Shown: piece after piece, positions 27,501 through 40,400 of the stretch
Position numbering within the stretch: the first letter of the stretch is position 1
Layout: every line of letters starts with the position of its first letter
NCBI RefSeq assembly: GCF_001194135.2
Contig: NC_068982.1
Span: 98,880,006-98,944,005 of the forward strand
DNA: 64,000 nt
Direction: 5' to 3'
From: Octopus bimaculoides
Lineage: Eukaryota
Notes under the pieces: model-generated
The model's database searches: none
What the model was told of the DNA's origin: nothing
Seen by the model: only the letters and a program-made list of their open reading frames with translations
Translations under genes and position numbers: made by a program

Positions 27501-30500
27501 TATTCATTTTCCCAAAAGTTCTAGGAAACAAAGCCGACAGGTATGAATTTGCAGAAAATCCTCTCCCCTCTTTAGTCTGTCTTTTCTGTTTCTCTTCAGT
27601 TGGATCTCTGCTTTTTTTTAGTTTTGTCTTAGTATTAAATGTTGCTGCACTGTGTCGTATGTTTCCCTAAAGGAGGGCCTTTCTTTCTTGGGTCTTGTTG
27701 GTTTTGAACTGTCATCAATATTTTTGGACCTTTGCTTTTACGTTGGCTCTAAACAAGCCTATTTTGGCTAAATTCTAGTTTTTGAATCCCATACAACCCC
27801 TTATAACTTTTTTCTGTTTTTTAGAATCTTCAGAAAACTTTTACGAATACATGTTCTACACACAGGAATTCATACAACTATGCAAAAATCAAGAAGAAAA
27901 AATTTTTTCGTGTGTAACCTAAGGGCCATTTAGCTGTTATTTTTAGTATATTTCACAGCCATCTAATACCTTCCTCGTTTCTTTGTCACTCTGACATATT
28001 GAGGTTTTTCAATATTTTTCTCTCCATAAACATATTTAATGGTTCTTGCTGGGATTTATGCAAAAAATTTGCAATGTCTGTATGTTAAATTCTGATTTAA
28101 AAAAAAAAATTTGAAAAATAAAAAAAGAAATATTTGAATATATGAATTCCCATGTGTAGAATACAAATTTGCAAAACTTTTCTGAAAATTTAAAAAAATA
28201 AAAAAGTTATGAAAGGTTATATAGGGTGCTTAAACCAGAATTCTACCCCTATTTTTACCTCTGTGAAGAGGTGGTCCATATAAGTTTGATTAGTCTGGCC
28301 TCCATCCTTTGACCTGTCCAATATGATAGGTTCTACTAGGAGCTACTGGCATAGCTCTCAGAGTTGATGAAACACGCAAGCTATCACAAAGCAAAAAGGC
28401 CTGAACCTCCTCATGGTAGAATATAATATTTGATACTCTTAAAAAGATGGAATAGTCATGGATAAAATACTTTTGGTAAGAAGTCTTTTAAATCAGGGCC
28501 ACCTGAAATGAAACAACAACTGACATTCCAGGTTGCAGAAAGCAGTCTGCTTAAAAAGAACTTCATTTTATAAGTGTTTGGGTATCAGTGATATCCAGCA
28601 TGTTCAACAGTGATGATGAGTGTGTTAGAATCATCATGTGACTTGTTTAAACCCAGATCTGCTTGCTTCAGCACACCTAAAATCAAAGGTGTTCCAGGTG
28701 TGACCAGCTCTGTTTTTTAATTAGATGTAGTATAAGTTGGATGAATTTCTCTAGTGTATTATTCCTGTTTTTGTAAAACATTAAAGAGTTTGATTTGAAG
28801 GAAATTGAGTGGCTTTTTGATTAGTTTGAATGACTATATCCCTTCCAAAAGCAACATAGAAAGAAGACAACAGTAATGATGGTATCCACACTATGACTAA
28901 TTCAACCCTCTATGTAGAACTTCCCTAATTGTCTAGGTTTATATCTCTCATTGTTTGTTAGGGACATTTTCTATGAAAACGTCATCTACCTAATTCGACT
29001 AGATTTGTCAGTTGTTGAAATAATATTTGGTGACAAATATTTCACTGTTTTCCCAATGTATTTTGTCTCATCACTTTGTCTTATTAAGATGAGATCATTG
29101 CAAAAATCATGGAAGCTGGCTTTAAAATTGCTTTTCAAAAAGAAATTGCACTGTGCAGAAGTGACATCGAAGAATTTTACAGCCATGTTGTGGAGGAAGA
29201 CTATTTTGAAGACTTGGTTGAAGAAATGACAAGGTAAAACAACCTCAAATTTTTTATCAGTTTATTTCCTATGCATCAGTTTTGTTCACTCATGTTTCTG
29301 AAAATGTGGTATGTTTGTATAAGAATTTCTGGAGCATATAAATTTGAAGCAGGATAAGTAATTGCCTATAATGAATGTATAAACTATAAAATAGGAGTGG
29401 CATCTACTAAGAAGTAAAGGGTAAAAGACTCCTTTCACTCATGAATGACCATGAAATTGCACCTAGAAAGTTCCCCTCTGAATCACCCATGCATACCAGC
29501 CTCCCCACTCCACACCCTTGATGTTATCCAAGGGAAAGGCAAGGGCTGATATGGCTTGACACCAGTGATATCACAACTCATTTCTACTGGAGCAACATGA
29601 AATAGAATGTCTTACTCAAGAATACAACACACAGCCCAGTCCAAGAATTGAACTCACTACCTTATGATTGTGAGCCTGATGCTTTAACCACTGAGCCATG
29701 CACCAGATAAATATTGCATTTAAATCTGATGGTTTTTCATTGAGTTTGACTAATATTCTTTGTTCTATATTTTTGGGTTCTCCTAGCTGTGAGAAGGGCC
29801 TGTAAGAGAGGAGTTGAGCTGGAGAGGGCCTGTAAGAGAGGAGTTGAGCTGGAGAGGGCCTGGAGTGTAATTATCAGTCAGGTCCCAACTTGAAAGCAAA
29901 AAAAAAATAATAAGTTAAGCAAAGTAAAGGAATTCAGCATAAGTATATTGTTATGGACAAATTCACTTTGTTGTTTAGCTCTAGGTCAGTCCGTATTAAA
30001 CAAATCTATGACCACAGGTGTTCTAACTTGATTCATAGACATACTGAATCAAGGACCATGTTATGCAATGTGTCCTGTCCCTTTTAAGACAGTAGGGTGT
30101 TATTTGAGGGAATACTTGGCTACTATTTCTTGCACATCAAGTGATCATGCAGTGTTCTATTGTTTTCTCATACGAACATATGATCAGTTTGTTATCTAGA
30201 AGTGTATACTGATGATCTTGGTATGCAGAAAATTATTGCAGACAACATTACTGGTATAGCATCTTAGTATATAGTTATATTCTAACAAACAATACCATTT
30301 GTGACTTAGGTTGAGGTTGTTAACTCTTTGACATAGTAAATATTATTTGTTGTGAAATAAATGCAAATTAATTTTCTGTCTATTTACATTTCAGTGGCCC
30401 AATTTTAGCCCTTGGACTAGCCAGAGAAGATGCAGTTGCAAAATGGAAAGAGATTCTTGGCCCTCCAGATAAACATGATGCTTTTGAAACAGCTCCTAAT

Positions 30501-30636
30501 AGGTAAGTTCAGATATCTGGTGGTTTATTGTGGAATGAGATGATTTGGTGAAGCTGCTTCAGTGTAAACAATTTGACATAGTTGACTGAACATTGAGTCT
30601 GTTTTGGCAAGTGTATTTTGGGTGCTAGAGGCAAAT

Positions 30637-30680
<44 letters not shown>

Positions 30681-33600
30681 AACTGCTTGATATGAAATAA
30701 GTCAGCAACTCCAAATAAGCACAACCAAAATGACTGTGCCAAGATGTCTCATACCCAGTTTATTAGTATCAGGTGGTTTATTAGTATCAGGTGGTTTATT
30801 AGTATTAAAGTCAGTGAAAATTGTAAATGTTGAAGGATGATTTTATAAATTCTATTTTAGTAAGACCTTAACCTTCAAATATACAAAAGAAATATCTAAT
30901 GCTTTTAGCAGATAAAATTACATTTTATTCAGTATGAAAGAACCTAATGACAAAAGTAAGGAATATTTATGCCCACTGAAGCATGGATGTTCTGCTAGAA
31001 CAAATTATACTGTAATAGATAGCATGAGAGAAACTCTCATATTTGCTTTTGGTGCAAAATGCACTCTTATTTATATTGCTAGCAGGGAGATAAACCCCTG
31101 CCACTTCCAGTGCCAAGACCACCAGATCGCGTGATTTCGACCTTCTTTGATCTCATCAATGATGGATGCTTGACTGCTAAGAGATGGCAACGGCTCATCT
31201 CCCTGCCAGCAATATATAGAAAAACAGTGCCAGAACAGGCACTGGTGTCACATTTAGCCAGTGAGCTTGTTAAAAAATATATATTAGCAACAGAGGCAGT
31301 ACTAATAAAGAGAGGTAATATTTATGCCCACTTAAAGGTGGATGTTCTGTTAGAACGAATTATAGTAAGGAATTTGACAATAAGGAAATGGATAAGAAAG
31401 CAGGCATGGAAATCAGTAAAAAAAAATAATAATCAAAATAGAAGCATGCTCACTCTCTTGATTATACATTGCCCCAAGGGAAATTGGTGCTTACCTCTAA
31501 AAATTTTTGAGACACCCAGAGCACTCATGGCGTTTCATGGGTAATTATGAGGCTGAGGCAATAGAACAGCTTGATATTTCAGTGAGGTAGGTGACTAACA
31601 AAATCAAAAACTTCTTTGCAGCAGTGTAGCACCTCTAATGTCTCAATACTCACAGGCTGAAAAATGTGGACAGATTATGGAATTACAGTGTCTTATTCTA
31701 TTCAATTGTGGATGTTGTAACTCCCACCATGCTCCTGTTACAGTATTTAAGATCATTATTGCAGAGCAAATGAATCACTACTGATTCATTTGCAGAGCAA
31801 ATGAATCCCATGTGAAGCTTCTTCCTCTAGCCCAAAGGCAAAGGATGAATCCTTCAGGCTTCTTCCCATCAAGACAAAACAGATTAGAAATTGACATCAT
31901 CATCATCATCATCATCATCATCGTTTAACATCTGCTTTCCATGCTAGCATGGGTTGGACGATTTGACTGAGGACTGGTGAAACCGGATGGCTACACCAGG
32001 CTCCAATCTGATTTGGCAGAGTTTCTACAGCTGGATGCCCTTCTTAATGCCAACCACTCAGAGAGTGTAGTGGGTGCTTTTACGTGTCACCCGCACGAAC
32101 GCCAGTCAGGCGGTACTGGCAATGGTCACGCTCAAAATGGTGTATTTTATGTGCCACCCGCACAAGAGCCAGTCCAGGGGCACTGGCAACGATCTCGCTC
32201 AAAAATAAAGAGATAATTTTTGTGAACATTGCATTTGCCTAAAATTCTATTTTGTTTCTAAATTTGGCTCAAGACTGGCAGTTTTGAGAAAATGGAGCGA
32301 GTAGATTACATCAACTTGACTGGTACTTTATTTTATTGACCTTGAAAGGGTGAAAGGCAAAGTTGACGTCTGCAGGATTTGAATTCAACATAAAAGAAAA
32401 ATAGCACTGAGTAATTTTGTCTGATGTTCTAACAATTCTGCCAGCTTGACATCTCTGCCATCTCTCCCTTGCTACCTTTCATTCATGGAATATTGTTTTT
32501 ATATTTTGGACAATGCTGCTGCTGCTGCTGTTGCATCTTGATATATGAATATCCTAGACCAGGGGTTTTCAAACAGTGGTCCGCGGACCACAGGGGGTCC
32601 GTGGACTAGCAATTACTTTTTATGGGCAATTTGATTTTATATATGTTTTTTAATCAAAATCTTTTAATTGGCAATAAACTTATTTGTTAAATACTGTTAA
32701 ATAAATAAATGTAAAAATATATGTTATTTTAAGCAAATATTTATGTATAAATTTCATAAGCGTTTATAAGGTAAAACCTGAAATATAAAGAGGTCCGCAA
32801 GTCAAAAAGTTTGAAAACCCCTGTCCTAGACCATATTCTCCCTCTCCTACCTTTAAATCACCCAACTTCTAGTCTGCAGATGTGCTGTCTCCTCATCTCA
32901 TCACAGTCTTTTCACTACCACTACAATCACCTCTGCTCCTCAGAGTAATTTAGTTGCATTCCACTTTCACTCAAGCTCCCTTGACACACTTGCCTTTCTC
33001 CTCTAATCTTTTGTACTGTGTTCCCTCCCTTGGCCCTATACTCACTTCTCTCAGTCCTTTTTTTACCAAGCATCAACCGACTAAAATTCCATTCTTTCTC
33101 ATGTTTTCCCCGAAGTTACATGTTTGCAGTTGTTGTTATATTGTCTTGGAGAATCTGTGAAAGTTTTACCTTGATTAAACATTAAAAGAAAAAAAGAAAA
33201 CAAAGCAAAAAACAAAAAGAAGAAAGAGACTCTCATAATTCTCACATTAGTGAAAATAGATTTACTCAAAAGCTGGATTAATCACCAATCACATTTCAAC
33301 TTCAGTTCCACCATCCATCAGGTCACGCCACTTTAATGCTATGAATGTTGAGATCATTATGAACAGTTGCCAGTACCGCCTGACTGGCCTTCGTGCAGGT
33401 GGCACGTAAAAACACCCACTACACTCTCAGGGTGGTTGATGTTAGGAAGGGCATCCAGCTGTAGAAACTCTGCCAAATCAGATTGGAGCCTGGTGTAGCC
33501 ACCTGGTCCACCAGTCCTCAGTCAAATCGTCCAACCCATGCTAGCATGGAAAGCGGATGTTAAACGATGATGAGTAAAACTGATATTTGCAATATGACGA

Positions 33601-36600
33601 AAAGTTAATTTAGGTTTTGAACAAAACTATTAGATCCTGCAACTTTGTATTGAGTTCTCACTTGTCTAATATTATTTTTATCATTTTATTCATGAAAATA
33701 TTATCAACCTAAGATTAACCCTCACTTAGTATAAATAAGTGATTCTCTAATTCCAAACATTAAATCTACCATTAGTGAATCTATGGAACTTTAGTCAATG
33801 ACATCATTATCAATACAACGAGAATAGAGATGTTTTTGGTAATTAGGCATAAATAGAACTAGAATGAATCATTTAGATTTCTGCTTGATTTAATACATGT
33901 TTCTTATAATCCTAATAATCTTCATTGTTGAGTCAATTCAAACATAATGATAAAAGAATATTGTAAACACCAGTTGTCTCATCAGTTTTTGTATCTCTTT
34001 TACTCTTTTATTTGTTTCAGTCTTTTGACTGTGGCCATGCTGGGGCACCGGCTTTAGTCGAGCAAATCAACCCCAGGACTTATTCTTTAGAAGCCTAGTA
34101 CTTAATCTATCGGTCTCTTTTGTCGCACCGCTAAGTGACGGGGACATAAACACACCAGCATCTGTTGTCAAGCGATGTTGGGGGGACAAACACATACACA
34201 CAAACATACACACACATATACATACATACATATATACGACAGGCTTCTTTCAGTTTCCGTCTACCAAATCCACTCACAAGGCTTTGGTCGGCCCGAGGCT
34301 ATAGTAGAAGACACTTACCCAAGGTGCCACGCAGTGGAACTGAACCCAGAACCATGTGGCTGGTAAGCAAGCTACTTACCACACAGCCACTCCTATGCCT
34401 ATATCTGTTTAAAAATTCTTTACAAAAATAGCAAAAAATATTTAGGAAATCTATTTTCTGATGTCTAATAAAAAGCATAAGATGACAAAATGGCAGAATC
34501 ATTAGTACATCAGACAAAATGCTCAGTGGTATTTCTTTACATTTTGAGTTCAAATTCCATCAAGGTCATCTTTGCCTTTCATCCCTTTGGGACCAACAGA
34601 ATGAAGTACCAGTCAAATACTGTAGTCAATGCAATTGACTTGTCCCCCTCCACTCAAAATTGCTGGCCATCAGCCCTGCAACAGACTGGTGTCCCATTGA
34701 GTGGAATGTTGTGATCTCAGTCACTCATGTATGTCATGGAAACTGAGTAACCAGCTTTATGAGTTCTAGGGCTCAAGGAAAAAAACCCTAGTTGTATGTT
34801 ACTGAAATAGATGTCAAATGCCTAAGGTTCTTTTGTAAGCAGAAGCTGAGAAATCTTTTGAGGAAATGTTTACTTTGTTACTTATTGTTTACTTTGTTAC
34901 TTATTGTTTACTTTGTTTACTTATCTTACTTCAAATTCAGTTTGAGAGCTCAGTTTGTGGTCCCAGAAACTGATGTGAATTTGATCCATGGATCCGACAC
35001 AGTAGCAGATGCTGAGAAAGAGATCAGTTTCTTCTTTCCACGTGAAGAGACTGTTGCAGTTATTAAACCTGAAGCATTTGGCACTAAAGGTACATCATTA
35101 ATACTCTCTGGGGACTATTACTGTAAAGTAGGGGCAAGAATTTTATTGCAATTATATTGTTTCCATTATTGCTTTTAACTCTGCTCACAACTTTAAAGTT
35201 CAATTAATTACCTTTTATAAGTTTCAATCTGAGTTAATCCCACTCACCTTTACATAACACAGAGGAAACATGTATCTCTTCTATAGCAAAACACCTGTAC
35301 CTGCCCCTCTGTCATACTTTAGACCCTCAAAATCTGGCATAATGCCACCTCCCTCTTTACTACAATCCCGCTCAGTCATAGATCTTTTTTTTGTGTGTGT
35401 GTGTGTTTGCAAGTTACTTGGCGACCTTACTAGTGCCGGTGTTATGAGAATGCATCCAGCATACTCTGCAAAGTGGTTGGGGTTAGGAAGAGCATCCAAC
35501 TGTGGAAACCATGTCAAAACTGACACTGGAGCTCATCACAGTCCTCTGGCCCATTGGATCCTGTTAAACCATCCAACTCATGCCAGCCTGGAAAGCAGAC
35601 ATTAAATGATGATGATGATGATGATGAAGAGAATGACCATAAGAGGATGAACCATGCAACTGAATATGTAGTTATTGCTTAGCCCCAAATTGGCTGCTTT
35701 AGCAGACTAATGATCAAATGCATTCTAGTCAAAACTATAACATTTTTTCAGACACACTATGTCCTCCCATTGGTTATTTATTATTTTTTTTGAGATGGTA
35801 GGGTGTGATTTGAAGCTATTTCTAGCAAGTCAAGTGATGCTATAAAGAGCTGTTTAGTGACTGACAACAAACAGGTGAGATTGAAGCCATTAAAATATTA
35901 CAAGTTGATGGATGCAAGAAAAATATGTGCAGAGAGGAAATTCCAGGCCACAATCATTCTAAGAATGTAGGAATGGGGATATTGTATAGGGGCTGGTGGA
36001 TTGGATACCATATAGGTGACAACTGAAGGAGAAATAAGTGAACTGAAAGTGCCTGAATATAAGTAATACAAGACCAGCATACTCTGAGGAGCAGAAGTCA
36101 CTGTTGTAGTGGGAAAAAAAAGGTAGAGAAATGAAATATTATATCTTTGAACTAGTGGTTGGAGTGTGTTTGTGAATGATTTCATGCCTACCTCTTGAAT
36201 GGTTTTTCTTCGTATGTGGTCAAGGATGGCTGTTTGTGAGGCAGATATCAGTGCAGTTAACTAATGTAGATCTCACATAAGCTTTGTAGAGGTTTAGTGG
36301 CTGATAAAGGATAAAGTATTTTCTGGTTCTGAAAAGAAAGGTCACTCTTTAAGATACAGTCTTTGCTATGCTGAGGAGGAAAGGTTCAAAAATTTGCTGT
36401 GACCTTGTGTGTTCCAGGTGTGTGTTGTTCATGTTTAGTGGGGTGAGGTGTGATGTTTTCTTAATATGTTCAGTGATTGTGTTTTGTTGCTATTGAAGGA
36501 AACAATGTTGGCACAACTCCCCTGGAGGGTGTTTGAGGTATCTGAACTACATGCGGATGTTTGATGTTTGAGTATAGAAAATTATAAAGATAAAGGGTGA

Positions 36601-37406
36601 CGTCATCTATGTAGGAGTGGGCATTGTTGTAAGTGGCAACAAGCAGGGCTGTAATGTCTGGGAATGAGGTGAACTGGAAGGAAAGGGCAGTGGCGTCAAT
36701 GGCTGAGAGGCCTTGCCAGAAGAGGAAGAGGGATTGAAGATGTGGGAGAAGTAGGAGCAACATGGGCCATTTTGGCCTCGGGCAGTGGCAGCGGGCAGAT
36801 GCATGTAAACATGCAAGCTAGAAAGACAATTAGCGGTAGGTTCTAGTAGTAGGTCAGATAGTTAGGACATATCTCAGAGTTAACCCAGAGAAGTGAACCA
36901 TACTTTGATTCACATATTACAGTTCTCTCTTATAACATAATGTATATGAGTAAGACTATGGGGAACAAAACCAAGCCCTGGGGCATATCGAAGTTAAAAT
37001 AATGTGTCAGTAGCAGCACCATTAGCACATGTCAAAATAGTTGTTCTGGCAAAGTGTCATAAATTCGAGAACCCATAGACAGGCAGTTTTGATAGGAGAG
37101 TTACGCATCTCAGATACAGTCAAAAGCTTTGCTGATGCTGAGGGTAACACTATGTTCATCAAATTTCTCAGGAGTGAAAGATTAACTAGTGAGTGATATG
37201 GAAGAGTAGGTCTCCAGTAGATATAGGTTCACAGAAGTTGTACAGGCAGTTATTTAGAAGAGAGACCGACAGAAGGAGCTGGAGAAGATTGAAATGGTTA
37301 ATGATGATCTCCATCACTCTTGAGACATTGGAAGTGTGTGTTATAGGCCAGGAGTTGACAGGGTTAGAAAGGCTGCTCTTCTTTGGAAAGGGACACACAT
37401 TCTCAG

Positions 37407-37480
<74 letters not shown>

Positions 37481-40400
37481 GAGAATTTGATGAGTATCTG
37501 GGCTATATTGTTTCAGGGTAATGCAATGGATAGTGTCAGGATTGGTGATTTAAAGTAATTGAGAGTACTTTCACATTTGGTATTGTGGTATGACGTCAGC
37601 GACTGGGGAGCTGATCGGAACCATGAACTGACCGGAACGGCGAGCTGACCGGAAGAGGAAGAAGGGCAGAGGGAGCCTCAATCGGGATTTCATGCCCTTT
37701 TCGAAAGGGGTTGTTGTGAGGAGAGGATGTGCCAAGCGATCGTCTAGGTGTTGGGAGAAGCAGCTGCTATTTCTAGTGTTCTTCGGGTCGGGTGAGCCGC
37801 GAGGATCAGATACCGCAGGACAGACTTGTACTTGGAAGGAAAACCGAGGTAAGCCGATTACATTTACTCGCACGCATACACCACAGGTATTTGTGTGCAT
37901 GGTAATGAGCCTGGTAAACTGGCCCGAGAAGGGATAACTTTGGAGCAGACTTACCTAGCGAGAAGAGTGTGGAGTTGGAGGCAAAGTAGGTTGTGAATGT
38001 GGAGATATTTTCACAGAATCATTATAGGAGTACTGCTTAGAGACTTATTCTGGTTGAGAAGTGGAGAAAAAGGGATTTCCTCAAAGTTGGTGGAGATCCC
38101 CTTCTGAAAAAGGATGAAAAATACTAGATACAGTTTGAGAAGAAAGAGAATTTGATGATTGTGAAACATGGAGTTATCCTTCACAGTTTAGATGATGGAC
38201 TTGCAAGAATGTAGTGTTGAATAAAAAGTCATCCAGTTTGTAGGGAAGGATGTGATTAGCAAAGTAAACCCAATGATTTAGTCTTCAACAACATGATGGA
38301 GATAATAATTAAAGTAAGATATTTAAATTGATTCTATCAACCAATTCATAACTAACAAAAATTGTTTTCATGCCTTGTCAAAGAAATTCTTTATTAAAAA
38401 CATACATGGTGTTAGAATAATTACTAGATCATTCCTGCTAAAGATATATTTGAGAAATAAGATATATGGCATCTGAAATAGTGTTTGATCAAAGCTGATA
38501 GAATTTTAACAGTTTACTAAAAATGTCAAGGTTTAGTAAATAAATGTCTTCTTTAAAACATTAATTTCATTGTTGTTTTATTGATTGATTTTCTCTTATT
38601 CAGGGGAAATTATGACTAAAATAGAAGAAGCAGGATTCAAGATCACAGCCAGCAAAGAGTTAGTTTTAACTGAAGATATTATAAATAAAATGTACAGGAA
38701 AGAGCAACCTTATTATGAAGATCTAAAAAGATATTTAATGACGTATGTATCCTGTCTTCTATAAATTATGAATACCTTGTAGAGTTTATTTTTCTTCTGG
38801 AATTGGTACTTTTCTCTGTCTGAAAATTAATAATCAAACATCTTTTCTGCTTTCAAAAGAAACTAAAATATATTTCAATATATGAACATATTTATTAATT
38901 AACTGAAAAATGTTTTTTCTTAAACAGAGCTCGTTAATATTAATTAGAGATATATAGATCATAACTGTCATGTAGACTGACACAAAATGTAAGTGGCTAC
39001 TAGATAAATATGATCAGGACATTTCAACAAGATATATTGTTGTGAATTGACACAGTTTTAAAATATTAACTTGATAGTTCAAATCTTTAGCTGTCAATTA
39101 GGTAATTGAATAAAAACAATGTTAAGTATTCATTTTGAACACTTAAATGACCTGCTGACAATAATGCTTTTTCTACAGACTCTAAGACTATTTTCATTCA
39201 TATATTTGATAAGAGAACTCTTTACCGAAATTTAATAGTAGGATTAAACAACCTATCTATAGTAATACTATAACTTCTCTTTGTTTTTATTTATTGGCAT
39301 TGCCTTACATATTTTACCCAACTTCTCATCTGCATTGCTTAAAGGTCTTAAAATATTATATCATTCTTTTTTTGTTATTGTTGTTGTATTCAGCTGACCA
39401 ATTCATTGGCACCTTTTTTGGACTAGATGCCCAAACAACAGTATACCTGTTATATCCTCGTCATTATCTAGTGACTGAGTCAACTACCTATAAGAATACA
39501 CAAACTAATCTTGTTACTCACTCTGTCGACTGTAACAATTTGTGATATATAGAGCACTACACTGAGGTAGTGAACTGGCAGAGTTCTTAGCACACAAGGC
39601 AAAATGCTTAGTGGCATTTTGTCTGCTTTTACAATCAGAGTTCAAATTTCACTGAAGCTGACTTTGCCTTTCATCCTTTTGGGGTTGATAAAATAAGTAC
39701 CAGTTGAGTACTGGGATCAATGTAATTGACTTACCCCTCCCTCAAACTTGCTGGCCTTGTGTCAAAATTTGAAACCAATATGTAGCATTACAGTATCATT
39801 TCTTAGTGTCTCTGGTTCTATAATTCTGTGATTTACTAGCCAGATGTACTAAAACTGCAACGGGTGACATGGAAATGTCAGTTAACATAAATATACATTT
39901 TGTCAAGAAATATGTAATTGACAAAAATATGTTATTTGTAATCTATTAGATTGAAGTTACTCAACAGCTTGATCAGTGACCAACAACTATGCAGCTACTG
40001 TGGTAACATGCCACAGCATATTAAAAAAAATCCCTAAAAAAAAAACCACAGCCCATCATATGCGATTGTTTGGTCGTAAAAAATTTATTAAGAGAATGAA
40101 TAAAAACAGAGAAGACCCATCCACCACAGTAGAAGTATTTAGGCCACTCCCCCTGGTGAAGAGAATTGGCCTGCGTGAACCCTCTGCTGTTGCCACGCAA
40201 AAGGCACTCATGCCAATGCCATGAAAAAGCACTTGTGTGGTGCAATGTGAAAAGCACCCAGCACACACTGTAAAGTGGCTGGTGTTAGGAAGGGCATCCA
40301 ACCATAGAAAAACCAATCCAAATCAAACTAGACCTTTGTGCAGCTCTTCAGCTAGCCAATTCATTCAACCCATTCCATCATGGAAAACAGATGTTAAAGG

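Noticed and set aside
29795-29862. 30-bp tandem duplication (agggcctgtaagagaggagttgagctggag x2.3) as an extra exon
   Set aside because: It has no NDPK similarity, and exons 11 and 12 already join in frame with no missing sequence.
34792-35178. 128-aa ORF as a stand-alone gene
   Set aside because: It is exon 13 plus in-frame intronic flanks; the splice sites delimit 34941-35089.
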